Assembly (NCBI GenBank): GCA_050613775.1
Contig: JBODTK010000118.1
Span: 1 to 64,000, forward strand
Reading direction: 5' to 3'
DNA from: Neocallimastix sp. 'constans'
Lineage: Eukaryota
Length of the DNA: 64,000 nt
Positions 22,181 through 35,794 of the stretch are shown in pieces. The position numbers and the translations under genes were made by a program. The notes under the pieces were generated by a model that did not search any database, was not told the origin of the DNA, and saw nothing but the letters and a program-made list of their open reading frames with translations. Within the stretch, counting starts at the first letter, position 1. Each line of letters starts with the position of its first letter.

Positions 22181-22991
22181 CTTGAGTCTTAGCGGGGGCA
22201 TCTTAATACAGAATGAACAAATAATACTAATTGTGCTAGAATAATATAAATTATTCTAACCTTATAGATTATTCTATTCTATATAATTGGAACTTTCCAA
22301 TATTCTTCAAATATTACTAAATAGAAATCTTAAGTTAATAAATTACTAATTAACTTATAATTCCTTTTTGAATTATCAATCCGATTCCATTATAATGTAT
22401 TAAAAATCTTTAGCCAAGAATATTGTCCTTGCCCACTTAATATATTAATATTATATTTCTTTTGTATTATGTTATATTGAAAATAATCAAATCTATTTAA
22501 TTAGTTATTAAAATTTTCGTTATCAATATAAATTTATTTTTAATTACTAAATTTAACTAAACCACAATAAAATATTCTGTATAATCTCTTTATTTTTATT
22601 TTATATATATTAGTATTAAACTATTATTAAATAATTAATAATTCAATAATATATAACTACTATTTATAACAATAATATTATTAACTAAAATAATAATTCA
22701 ATTTCAATTTAAATGTTTTATTTATAAAAATAATTAGTAATTAGTTTATTAAAAAAATAGTTAGGCTTTACAAATTTTAATTTGATAAAAAAATATAAAT
22801 ACATGTAATTTTAGTGAAATAAAATATAATCAATAACTTTCTTTTTATTAAATAAATAATTATATTATTATTTTTCTTTTATAAATTTAAATAAATAAAC
22901 ATTGATTTTAAAACAAAATTATTTTTATTGTAATTTTATTATTTGTGTTAATTATTATTATATTCCTAAAACTATATGAACCATACCATTT

Positions 22992-23038
22992 TGATAAATA
23001 ACAAAATTAATAAATCTTGAAAATTTATTATACATAAA
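22992..23038 (+). mobile_element. Possible start of a further LTR, interrupted by E3/E4
   Basis: TGATAAATAAC.. follows E2 after TTT and begins like the E1 LTR (TGATAA); too short to be sure. Confidence 0.3.
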
Positions 23039-24319
23039 ATCAATGTTAAAATTAAGATATAAAATAGTTTTATGATTAATAACGTTACTAGGTTAATATG
23101 TTGAATTATATATTAATAATCCAACAATAATTAATTAATAATAATATAAAAATAATATAAGATAAATAGTTAAGTTATTTAAACACTTAATATCTAAGAA
23201 TATTTTAAATAATAATTTCTTTGAAGGATTTATGAAAATATTTATTTATTGAATTATTAGTATATAATTATTGTAAGTACAATAACCTTACAAAGAACAT
23301 AAAAGATAGATTATTACATCTTCCTTTTATACTTTGTAAGTTACATAATAATAATATTTAATTATAAGATATTAATAATATAGTAATATGAATATTAATA
23401 AAATATTAAGATAATAACAATATCGATATGTTTAAAATATTTAATATAATTAAATAAATTTAATTTATAATTATATAATTAATTTGAATAATTAAAAATA
23501 GTAGTTAATATATATGATGTAAACATATATATAAACATAATATAAATAAATACATGTGACGTCATATGTAGATAATTGAAATTATTAATATAAATCTTAT
23601 TTACTAATATTCTCAGAATTATTAGGCCTAAGATAATTCCTTAAATATTAAATAAGAATTTATATTAATTATTAATTATTTAAATATATATATTATTTAT
23701 AATTAAATAAATAATATATATTAACTATTGAAATGTAAATAACTGAAATTGAGATTTCAATTCAGTTATAATTTCAACAATGCCCTCCCATAAAAATCGG
23801 ATTCAAGACGATTTTTGTGTAACGATAAGGAGGATTAAATTTTTGTTAAAAAATTTTTTGGAATTTCTTAAATTAAAAATTTTTAATTTATGAAAGAGGA
23901 AGGTCACTTGAGTCCTTTTAAATTTTTAAAGGAAAACCTTTATAAGTGGCCATTTCATTGAAATTTTGAAATCTCTAAAATTTAATAAAATTAAAATTTT
24001 ATTATGAAAATTGATGTTTAAGAATATGATGGTACCATTTTTAAATGTTTTGATTAAAAATTTTTGAAATTGAAATTTTGAAATTTTAATTTCAATTAAC
24101 TTTTTAATTTTATGCATTAACTTTAAAAATTGAAAATTATAATAATTAATGAATTTATGAATAAAATTAGATTATAAATTGATAGATGTAAGTGTAACAT
24201 AGCTATGTTTTTGAATTTTGAAAATTTTGAAAATTTCGAAATTTTGAAATTGAAATTTGACTGAAAAATTGATAATAATAAAATAAAATTTAAAAACAAA
24301 TTAATAAAAATAAAATTTC

Positions 24320-24359
<40 letters not shown>

Positions 24360-24383
24360 AATATTATTATTATTATTATCATT

Positions 24384-27300
24384 TTAGTTATAAGCTATTG
24401 AAATAGGTTTTCTTCCATTTTGTAAATATTGTAAATAAATATTTTGATTTCGGGGGTTATTTTCAACTTCGTCTGAAGGAACCCAATTGTAAGCAGTTCT
24501 ATATTTATACCTGATTCTGTATTCATATTGATTCTTTTTATAATTAGTTCTAAATCCTGAGATTTCAATTATATCATTAACAGATTCATCATGAGTTCTT
24601 CTTTTTAAAAACTTTTGAGGCGTTGGAATAAAAGGTTCTAACTCCGAAACATGGAATATAGGATGATGTTTTGGAAAAGGTGACCTTTTAATATCTATTT
24701 TATAATTATGATTATTCAGAACATCTATTACTTTATATGGTCCATATTTACAAGGAGCTAACTTTGAACTATCTTCGATATTTAGTGATGGAGGAGCTTG
24801 TATCCAAACTAAATCATTTTCTTTAAATATTGGAGGTGGCATTCTCTTTTTATCTGCGTGTATTTTATATAGTTCTTTTGACCTTAATAAAACATCTTTA
24901 ATATGATTAAAGTTCATACTTAAGTCCTTAATAATTTTATTATTAGTATCAATATCAGGTAATAAGAAAAATTCATCCATAGATGGATGAAACCCATAAT
25001 TAATAAAGAAGGGTGTTTCTTTTGTAGATTCATTAATGGAGTTATTATAAACAAATTCAGCAAGGTGAATCCATTCAATCCAATCATCATGATAATATGA
25101 TCTTGAGTAAGCTCTTAAATATTGTTCAATAAAAGAATTACATCTTTCAACTTGACCAACTGTTTCATGATGGTCAGTTGTAGCGATTTTTGATTTAATG
25201 TTTAAATATTCCATTACTTCTTTCCAAAGAGCGCTTGTAAATTGAGATCCTCTATCTGTATACAAATCACAAGGCAATCCGTGTAGTTTAAATATATTTG
25301 TAATGAAAGCTTTGGCAGTTTGTTTGGCATCAGGTATTTGTTTAAATGGAATTAAATGTATCATCTTAGAGAAACGATCAACAACTACCATAATAACGGT
25401 GTATCCTTTAGAATAAGGAAGACCACATAGGAAATCAATTTCGATAGACTTCCAAGGTCTATCGGGAGTATCTAAAGGTTATAAAAGACCATATTTCCTA
25501 TGTCTATTAATCTTGTTTCTTGCACAACATTCACAAGAATTAACATAACTTGTAACATCTTCATGTATTTTTGGCCACCAAAAGTTTCTTGTAATTAATT
25601 CTAAAGTTCTTCTTATACCAAGATGTCCAGAAGTGGGTTTTTCATGATATTTTTCTAAAATTTCTAATCTAAGTGATTCAGGAATATAAATTAAATTGTT
25701 ATATAATATAATATTATCTTTTATTTTAAATCTTTCCATTTTCCTAAATGGTTTATAAGCATAATTATTTTTAACATTGTTTTCACTAAAGTATAATTTA
25801 ATATCTTCAGCAGTAGCATCTTCTTTAATAGCATCAATAATTTTTTCTAATAAATTACTCATAATTCCTATAAAACAGGGAACTTCTTTTACATTTTTAA
25901 TATCTAATATATTTTCTGGTTTAATATCTTCGTTATTCTTCATATAGTCAGGTCTTCTTGAAAGACTATCTGGTTTCCCATTTTTTGTTCCTTGTCTATA
26001 TATAAGTTGGAAATCATATTCCTGAAAGAATAAGTGCCATCTATGCTGTCTTTGATTACCAACTTTTCCTCCTAAAGTATAGATTAAATTTCTATGGTCA
26101 GTATAGACAGTAATTTTATGTTTTGCACCAAGTAAAAGATGTCGCCAAGTTAAGAAAGAATCTCTAATAGCTAATAACTCTTTTTCTGTAATGGTATAAT
26201 TTATTTCGGAGCCTTGTAAACTTCTTGAAAAGTAAGCAACAGGATGTAATTTATTATTTTCATCTTTCTGAGATAAAACAGCACCTATAGCATAGTTACT
26301 TGCATCACATTCTACTATGAATGGTTTAGTTACATCTGGGTGATGCAGTACTGGAGAAGTAGTTAATTTACTTTTTAATAATTTAAATGAATTTCCACAA
26401 TTTGTATCCCAAATAAATTTTGTATTTTTTCTTGTTAAATTATGGAGAGGCTTAGCTATTTTTGCAAAATTTTTTACAAATCTCCTATAGTAATTACATA
26501 AGCCTAAAAATCGTTGTACTTCTTTAATATTTTTCGGAGTTGGCCACTCTTCTATAGATTTAATTTTCTTTGGGTCAGTAGATACACCATCACCAGATAA
26601 AATGTAACCTAGGAATTCAACTTTTTCTTTATCGAATTCACATTTTTCTAATTTTGCGTATAAATTATTATTAATTAAAGTTTGTAATACATTTCTTACT
26701 TGTTTGTGATGTTCTTCCAAATCCTCAGAATAAATTAAAATATCATCCAAATATAAAATAACACTTTTTTCCAAATAAGGTCTGAGTACAGAATTAATAA
26801 ATGATTGAAAAGTGGCTGGGGCATTTTTCAACCCAAAAGGCATTACGAGATATTCGTAATGACCATATTTAGTTCGAAAAGCTGTTTTATATTCATCCCC
26901 CTCTTTTATACGAATTAGGTTATAGGCAGATCTTAGATCTAATTTTGTGAAATATTTTGCACCTTTAACCTTTTCAATAATATCATTAATAAGTGGAAGA
27001 GGATATGAATTTCTAATGGTAACAGCGTTTAACTTTTTGTAATCCACACACAATCTTAAAGAACCATCTTTCTTTTTTTGAAATAAGACAGGATAACCAG
27101 CTGGAGATTCAGAAGGTCTAATAAATCCCTTCTTTAAATTTTCTTCTATATATTCTTTTAAAACTTTATTTTCTTCTTCAGATAATGGGTAGATAGGTCC
27201 GTAATGAAGAGAAGCATCCTTTTCTAAAACTATTTTACAGTCAGTTAAACGATGTGGCGGTAGTTTATCTGCTTCTTTCTTACTAAATACAACAGCCAAA

Positions 27301-28220
27301 TCTCGATATTGAAGCGGAATATTTTCGATTTTTATATCTTCAATATCTTCTTCATAATTTTCTTTATTTGTTAAAAATGAATAAATTAAATAATTATAGT
27401 TAAATTTATTATTAATTTTATATTTTTTATTTTGGTGATTGTTTTTTAATTTAAAAAATATTTTATTAGTTAAAAAATTAAAATTTTTATGAAGAAATTT
27501 TTTATATTTATTAAGTTTAAAATTTAATTTATTTTGATTAAAATTTTTGAAATTTTTTGAATTTTTTGTATAATTAAATTTTTTTATGAATTTATGTTTT
27601 AAAAAATAATTTTTTAAAAATCTTTTTATCACTGAATTAAACCGAGAATAATATTGTGGATTTTTATTAGTATTTTTATTAATTTTGTTATAAAAGTGAG
27701 AATTTAAATAAGAATATAGGAAGTTTTTATCATAGTCATAATGAATATTAAACTTCCTCATAAATTGGTTTCCAAAAAGTAGTTTTGTTGGGATACAATT
27801 CGAAATTAAAAATTTTTCTCTGAAATTTTTAAAATAAACTCTTTTATTTTCATTAATTTTGATTTGAAATTTTAGCCAAACATAATTCTTTATCTGGGTT
27901 GTATCACCAGAAATTCCTTTGACTAAAATTTTTGATTTTAAATTATATTTTTTCAATTTTAATGTTTTTACTAATTCTTCTGTAATAAAATTACAGAAGG
28001 AGCCTGAATCTAACATCGATTCAGTTTTTAATTTATTATTATAATTTTTAATATTTTTTATATTATTTGAAAATGTTGTTGGAATATATGTATCAAATAA
28101 AAGGAAAGTTGAAGGTAATTTTTTATTTACTACATTATTAAATGTAGGAAAATTATAATGAAGAATTCTTGTGTTTTTTATTATATTGGACTTCTGTTGA
28201 AGTCCATTGTTTAGTTTTTT
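24384..28220 (-). pseudogene. pol: E3 Pol (PR-RT-RH-IN-chromodomain-like) with an in-frame TAA at 25479-25481
   Basis: LDSGS, YLDD, CDAS, GPY, YEYRIRYK..NWVP; ORFs 25479-28016 and 24384-25391 share a frame; E4 has CAA (Gln) at the stop. Confidence 0.92.
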
Positions 28221-29248
28221 GTTTTATTATTATTGCTACTAGTTTTATTACTATTATAATTGTTATTATTGTAATTATTATTATAATTACTTTTGTTATT
28301 ATAATTGTTATTAGAATTATAATTTTTATCATGATTAATATGGGTACTAACGTGTTTTGAATGTTTATTATTACTGCTTCTAAAAAGTTTTGAATTACCA
28401 TTATTTGTTTTTATTTGATTTTTTGTTTTTAATGTATTTTCAAGTAAAATACATTTAGTATAAATAGTACCAAGATCAACAGGGAATTCTTCCATTTCTT
28501 CAATTACTTCTTGGAATTTTGAATGTAACCCATTATAAAAAATTAAAACTAAGGCTTCTTCACTGAATCCAAGACCATTCGAAAGAGTTCTAAATTGTTC
28601 AATATAATCATTTATTTTCCCATAATTATGTTTCAATTTTATTAATTGAATCTTAGCTAATTTTTTGCTTGCAACGTTGGAAAATGCTTTTCTTAATTCA
28701 GTAGTCAATTCAGAAAGAGTTTTTGGGTTAGTATCCTTGTACGTAGCTAGATACCAATTACGAGCGCCATCCCTCAAACGGGATTTAATAAAGTTAATTT
28801 TGATATCTTCTGTAGCTTCTGAATTTGGATATGTTTTAAAAGTATCTTCACAAAGTTGACAGAATAGATCAGTTTCTTTAGTATCTCCAGAGAAAAATCC
28901 AGGTTCAGGAACTTGTTGTAAACGGTTTGAAAAAGCATTCCTCATAATAACATCATTGTCATCATCACGTCTAGTAGTGGTAGATACATTATCCTCTTGT
29001 GTTTGACTAGTAGAAGGAATATCATTTGTAGCAATATTTATATTTAACTTTTCATCTAAAATTTTTGTTAAATTAGATAATTGATTAATAATATTTTTAT
29101 TATCTTTGTAAAGTGTATAAAGTTTTTTTTGTAAGTCCTTGTTATATTCATTAAAATCTTCTTTTAATAAAAAACTATCATTAACAGAAGAAGCCAATTC
29201 GGATACAGTAACTTGGGCGTCAGACCTTAATTTATTAACTTCTGACAT
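28211..29248 (-). CDS. gag: E3 Gag (no zinc knuckle, Asn-rich tail)
   Basis: VPEPGFFSGD..LRDGARNWY..YIEQFR..FYNGL retrotransposon capsid motifs. Confidence 0.9.
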   Translation of the reverse strand: MSEVNKLRSDAQVTVSELASSVNDSFLLKEDFNEYNKDLQKKLYTLYKDNKNIINQLSNLTKILDEKLNINIATNDIPSTSQTQEDNVSTTTRRDDDNDVIMRNAFSNRLQQVPEPGFFSGDTKETDLFCQLCEDTFKTYPNSEATEDIKINFIKSRLRDGARNWYLATYKDTNPKTLSELTTELRKAFSNVASKKLAKIQLIKLKHNYGKINDYIEQFRTLSNGLGFSEEALVLIFYNGLHSKFQEVIEEMEEFPVDLGTIYTKCILLENTLKTKNQIKTNNGNSKLFRSSNNKHSKHVSTHINHDKNYNSNNNYNNKSNYNNNYNNNNYNSNKTSSNNNKTKN

Positions 29249-30819
29249 TGGAGCAATGTCAGCCCATACATTATTGACATATTAAAGTAGTAACCAAAAC
29301 TAGGGTAAGGTTATTGTTAAAATTAAGATATAAAATAGTTTTATGATTAATAACGTTACTAGGTTAATATATTGAATTATATATTAATAATCCAAGAATA
29401 ATTAATTAATAATAATATAAAAATAATATAAGATAAATAGTTAAGTTTTTTAAACACTTAATATCTAAGAATATTTTAAATAATAATTTCTTTGAAGGAT
29501 TTATGAAAATATTTATTTATTGAATTATTAGTATATAATTATTGTAAGTACAATAACCTTACAAAGAACATAAAAGATAGATTTTTACATCTTCCTTTTA
29601 TACTTTGTAAGTTACATAATAATAATATTTAAGTATAAGATATTAATAATATAGTAATATGAATATTAATAAAATATTAAGATAATAACAATATCGATAT
29701 GTTTAAAATATTTAATATAACTAAATAAATTTAATTTATAATTATATAATTAATTTGAATAATTAAAAATAGTAGTTAATATATATGATGTAAACATATA
29801 TATAAACATAATATAAATAAATACATGTGACGTCATATGTAGATAATTGAAATTATTAATATAAATCTTATTTACTAATATTCTCAGAATTATTAGGCCT
29901 AAGATAATTCCTTAAATATTAAATAAGAATTTATATTAATTATTAATTATTTAAATATATATATTATTTATAATTAAATAAATAATATATATTAACTATT
30001 GAAATGTAAATAACTGAAATTGAGATTTCAATTCAGTTATAATTTCAACAATCAATGTTGAAATTACAACTGAATTAAATTTCAATTTCAATTAATTTCA
30101 ATTAAAATTATTAAAAACAAAATAATTAATAAAAATTTATAATTCATTAATTATTCTTTAAATTTTATTTATTTTATAATATTATAAGTTATTTGATCAT
30201 CTTAGGACCAGCTTAGGCCTACTGATTCTAATGATATCATATTAAACTTAAATATTATTAATAAATAAAATATTTATTAACATGAATCATTTGGTCATGT
30301 CATCCTTGATTCATAAATTAATGTTAATGTATTAATTTATGTTATATTGATTTAATTAATTATTAATTATTAATTACTATATTAAATATTTAAATTTAAT
30401 ATTATATTATATATATTAGCTAATATATTAGATTAAAAAATATAATTTATTTATATTAAACATATTCTTATACTAAATATTATTATTATCAACTTTATAT
30501 TATTATTTTCAATATTCTCAAACCTACAAAGTATAAAAAGAAAATTCAAATTTATCTTTTTGTCCTTTGTAAGGTTATAGTTAACCTATTATAATATAAC
30601 TATATATTTTTATTAATAAATAAAAATTTTTATCATATCAAACCAATTATTAGTTTTAATTAAGTGTTAAATTAACAAATTTAACTTTATAACTCTTTTA
30701 TTTTAGTAATTTACTTATATCTATATAGTTATATTATATAGATATATCAACCTGATTCCTCGTTAAATCTGTCTACTTTGTAACAATAACCTTACCCAAG
30801 AAAAGAGAATCACCTTGAT

Positions 30820-31902
30820 ATGTCCCTTTATAATAACGTGTGGGCAAACTCCTATCCTGACTTTGCTCCTATGTCGGAAGTAAATAAGCTAAGAACAGAC
30901 GCTCAGATTACTGTCTCTGAACTGGCAAAAGATGCAGAAGTCACATTCTTATCAAGAGAAGATTTTAATAAATATAATGAAGATCTTCAAAAGAAACTTT
31001 TTACTTTAAATAGGGATAACAAGAATATCATAAAACAACTTTCTTCTATTACCAGCATTTTAAATCAGAAATTCGATTTTATTCCTAATGTTAATGCTTC
31101 TCAAAATCAAGATGATAACGCTTCTATATCAACAAGAAGAGAGGCAGACAATGATGTAATAATGAGGAATACTATTCCCAATACACTTCAAGAAGTCCCA
31201 GAACCTGGATTCTTCACTGGGGATACTAAGGAAACCGATCTCTTTTGTCAGCTCTGTGAAGATACTTTTAAGACTTATCCTAACTGTGAATCTACTATGG
31301 ATGTAAAAATTAATTATGTTAAGTCACGCTTAAGAGATGGTGCTCGTAATTGGTATTATGCCAAATATAAAGATAGAAGTCCAGCAACATTAGAAGAATT
31401 GATTAAAGAATTAAGGAAAGCTTTTAATAATGTTGCCAGTAAGAAATTAGCCATGATCCAACTCGCAAAAATTTCTCACACATTTGGGAAAATTAATGAT
31501 TATATTGATGAATTTCGAACCCTTACAACATGTTTGAATTGGAATGAAGAAGCTTTAGTTTTATTCTTTTATAATGGATTGCACCCAAGGTTCCAGGAAG
31601 AAATAGAAAAAATGGATGAATTTCCTTCTGATCTTAGTACTATTTATACTAGATGTATTCTTTACGAAAATTCCTTGAAATCTAAAGGTCAATTAAAATC
31701 TAATGGTAATAAAAATTTAAAGAAAAAGCCTTCTAATGTCCACAATAACAACAACAACAATAATAATAAATATAATAATAATAACAATTATAACAAATAT
31801 TATAATAATAATAATTATAATAAAGTCCATAATAATAATAACTTTAATAAAATTAATAATAACAATAATAATAGTACAAATAATAATAATTCAAAAAACT
31901 AA
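30820..31902 (+). CDS. gag: E4 Gag
   Basis: Homolog of E3 Gag. Confidence 0.9.
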   Translation: MSLYNNVWANSYPDFAPMSEVNKLRTDAQITVSELAKDAEVTFLSREDFNKYNEDLQKKLFTLNRDNKNIIKQLSSITSILNQKFDFIPNVNASQNQDDNASISTRREADNDVIMRNTIPNTLQEVPEPGFFTGDTKETDLFCQLCEDTFKTYPNCESTMDVKINYVKSRLRDGARNWYYAKYKDRSPATLEELIKELRKAFNNVASKKLAMIQLAKISHTFGKINDYIDEFRTLTTCLNWNEEALVLFFYNGLHPRFQEEIEKMDEFPSDLSTIYTRCILYENSLKSKGQLKSNGNKNLKKKPSNVHNNNNNNNNKYNNNNNYNKYYNNNNYNKVHNNNNFNKINNNNNNSTNNNNSKN

Positions 31903-34900
31903 ATGAAGGACTTCACTCGGAGTCCAATTCATCAAAAAATGTAAAAACAATTTATTATAACTTTCCTTCATTTGATAACATCACAACCCAAAAACTACCT
32001 TCAACTTTTCTTTTATTCCATTGCTACATTCCAACAAGACTACCAATTAATAATAATAAATTAAAAATTAAAAATAACCAAAAAATTACATCTGAATCTA
32101 TGCTAGATTCTGGATCATTTTGTAATTTTATTACAGAAAATTTAGTTCAAAAACTAAATTTAAAAATTTATAATTTAAAAAATAAAATTTTAGTCAAGGG
32201 TATATCTGGTTCTACTACTAAGATAGATCAGTACGTTTGGCTAAAATTTCAAATAAAAATACAAAAGAATAAAAAATTTTATTTTAAAAATTACAATGAA
32301 AAATTTTTAATAACAAATTGCATACCAACTGATCTACTTTTTGGTAATCAATTCATGCGAAAATTCAAAATTCACTATAATTATGATAAGAATATATTAT
32401 ATTCTTACTTAAATTATTATTTTTCAAATAAAAATAACAAAAATCCTAATAAATATTGCAAAAACAATTTATATCTACAGTCGATGAAAAATAAAATTTT
32501 AAAAAATTATTTACTTTTTAATAAATCAAAAAAAAATTTAATTATAAAAATTTTTCAAAAAATTTCAAAAAAATTGATCAGAAGTTTAATTATAATAAAA
32601 AATTTTTTAATAAAAATCTTAATAACCTTAACCTTAATAAATTTTCAAAATTTTGTGATAAATTTAATTATAAAAAATTTTTTAATAAAAATCATTATTT
32701 TATTAATAAATATAAATATTATTTCAAAAAACAAAATAAATATTTAAAAAATAATTTTAATTTAAACAATGACTATAATTACAATTTTTTAATATATTCC
32801 TTCTTATTAAATAAAGAAATTAATAAAAATGACAATGAAGATCCAAATATTGAAGATATTCCGCCTCAATATCGCGATCTATTTATTGTTTTTAGTAAAG
32901 CCGAAGCCGATAAACTTCCCCCACATCGTTTAACCGACTGCAAAATAGTGCTGGAGAAGGACGCTTCCCTTCACTATGGTCCAATCTATCCCTTAACCGA
33001 AGAGGAAAATAAAGTTTTGAAAGAATATATAAAAGAAAACCTAAAAAAAGGATTTATTAGACCATCTGAATCACCTGCAGGTTATCCAGTTCTATTCCAA
33101 AAGAAAAAAGATGGTACACTTCGGTTATGCGTGGACTATAGGAAGTTAAACGCTGTTACTATAAGAAACTCGTACCCCATACCTCTTATTAATGAAATTA
33201 TCGAAAAGGTTAAAGGAGCAAAGTATTTTACAAAATTAGATTTACGTTCAGCCTATAATTTAATCCGTATTAAGGAAGGGGATGAATACAAGACAGCTTT
33301 CAGAACTAAATATGGTCACTATGAATACTTAGTTATGCCATTTGGTTTAAAAAACGCACCAGCTACTTTTCAATCGTTTATTAATTCGGTACTAAGACCA
33401 TATTTAGAAAAAAGTGTTATTCTTTATTTAGACGATATTTTAATCTACTCCAAAGATTTAAAAGAACATCATAAACAAGTTAGGGAGGTTTTGCAAGCAT
33501 TAATTAATAATAATTTATATGCAAAATTAGAAAAATGCGAATTTGATAAAGAGAAAGTTGAATTCCTTGGATATGTATTATCAGGTCAAGGTGTCACTAC
33601 CGATCCGAAGAAAATAGAATCAATTAAAGACTGGCCTCAACCAAATAACTTAAAGGACGTACAGAGGTTTTTAGGTCTTTGCAATTATTATAGAAGATTT
33701 GTTAAAGATTTTGCAAAAATTGCAAAACCTTTACATAATTTAACCAGAAAAAATATTAAATTTAATTGGAATAACAAATGTGAAGAATCATTCTCAGAAT
33801 TAAAGAAAAGATTAACCAGTTCTCCAGTTTTATTCCATCCGGATAATAATAAACCATTTATTGTTGAATGTGATGCAAGTAACTTTGCCCTTGGTGCTAT
33901 TTTATCACAAAAGGATGATAATAATAAATTACATCCAGTTGCATATTTCTCAAGAAGCTTACAAGGTGCAGAAATTAATTATACTATTACAGACAAGGAG
34001 TTGTTATCTATTAGAGAAGCCTTTTTGGCATGGAGACATTTATTACTTGGTGCGAAATACAAAGCAACTGTTTATACTGATCATAGGAACTTATTATATA
34101 CCCTTGGTGGTAAAATTGGTAATCAAAGGCAACATAGATGGCATATGTTCTTCCAAGAATATAATTTTGAATTAATTTATAGACAAGCTTCCAATAATGG
34201 AAAACCCGATTCTCTTTCAAGAAGACCAGATTATATAAAAAATAATAAAGAAACTAAAACCGAAAATATTCTTGAAATAAAAAATGTAAAGGAAGTTCCA
34301 TGTTTTATTGGTGTTGTTAGCGATCTTTTAGAAAGAATTATAGAAGCTACAAAAACAGATGCCACAGCTGATGATATTAGACTCTATTTTAGCCCACAGA
34401 ATATTAAAAATGATATGTCCTATAAACCCTTTAGGAAAATGAATAAGTTCAAAATAAAGGATAATATTATATTATATAATAATTTAATTTATATTCCTGA
34501 AATTTTAAGATTAGAAATCTTAACTAAATATCATGAAAAGCCTTCCGCTGGTCATCTTGGAATTAAAAGAACTCTTGAATTAATTACAAGAAACTTTTGG
34601 TGGCCCAAAATGCAAGATGATGTTACAAAATTTGTCAATTCCTGTGAATGTTGTGCAAGAAACAAAATTAATAGACATAGGAAATATGGCTTTCTACAAC
34701 CGTTGGAAACACCTGATAGACCTTGGAAATCTATAGAAGTTGACTTTTTATGTGGCCTCCCGGATTCAAAGGGATATACGGTAATAATGGTTGTAATGGA
34801 TCGTTTCTCTAAAATGATTCACTTAATACCTTTCAAACAAATTCCTGATGCAAAACAAACTGCCAAAGCATTTATGAATAATGTTTATAAATTACATGGC

Positions 34901-35794
34901 CTTCCTTATGATATATATACAGATAGAGGTCCTCAGTTTACAAGTGCACTTTGGAAGGAATTCATGAAATTACTTAATATTAAATCCAAATTAGCTACAA
35001 CAGATCATCATGAGACTGTTGGTCAAGTTGAGAGATGTAACTCCTTTATTGAACAGTATTTAAGAGCTTATTCAAGATCTTATTATCACGACGATTGGAT
35101 TAATTGGATCTATCTTGCAGAGTTCGCTTATAATAATTCAGTCAATGAATCTACAAAAGAAACACCTTTCTTTATTAACTATGGATTCCATCCATCTATG
35201 GACGAATATTTCTTACTACCCCAAGTTGATACTAATAGTAAATTTATTAAAAATGTAAGTACAAGTTTTAATCATATTAAAGATGTCTTATTAAGATCTA
35301 AAGAATTATATAAAAATTATGCGGATAAGAAAAGGATGCCACCTCCTGTAATAAAAGAAGGTGACTTGGTTTGGATTCAAGCACCTCCTTCCTTAAATAT
35401 TGAAGATTGTTCTAAACTCGCTCCTTGTAAATATGGACCTTACAAGGTAATCGATGTTTTAGAGAATAATAATTATAAAATTGATCTTAAAAAGTCACCT
35501 TTTCCAAAACATCATCCAATCTTTCATTTCTCTGAATTGGAACCTTATGTCCCAACTCCGCATAAGTTTTTAAATAGAAGTTCGCACAATGAATCCATTA
35601 ATGATATTATTGAAATTTCTGGATTTAGGACAAACTACAAGAAAAACTGCTACGAATATAGAGTTAGATACAAATATAAAAGTTCAAGTAATTGGGTGCC
35701 TTCTTATGAAGTTGAAAATAATCCAAGGAATCAAAGAATATATCAAGAATATTTAAAGAATAATAGAAAATTCACTTCTCCTTCTTATAATTAA
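31893..35794 (+). pseudogene. pol: E4 Pol; reading frame broken once in the A9 run at 32528-32536
   Basis: -1 frame from AAAAAAC reaches MLDSGS; adding one A at the run joins the protease ORF to ORF 32948-35794, collinear with E3; real indel or homopolymer error. Confidence 0.85.

Larger units (their letters stand above)
15978..22988 (+). mobile_element. E2: full-length Ty3/Gypsy element of a family related to E1
   Basis: LTRs 15978-16764 and 22204-22988 (TA..CA, roughly 5 substitutions plus small indels); PBS 16773-16792; intact gag and pol. Confidence 0.97.
23044..30050 (-). mobile_element. E3: full-length chromovirus-like Ty3/Gypsy element with one nonsense mutation
   Basis: 736-bp LTRs 29315-30050 and 23044-23779 (TG..CA, about 6 substitutions); 5-bp TSD ATCAA at 23039-23043 and 30051-30055; PPT GGGAGGGCAT. 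Confidence 0.96.

Noticed and set aside
25479..25481. Stop in E3 pol as programmed readthrough or RIP
   Set aside because: E4 has CAA at this codon, so a single C-to-T change suffices; no widespread CpA-to-TpA pattern noticed
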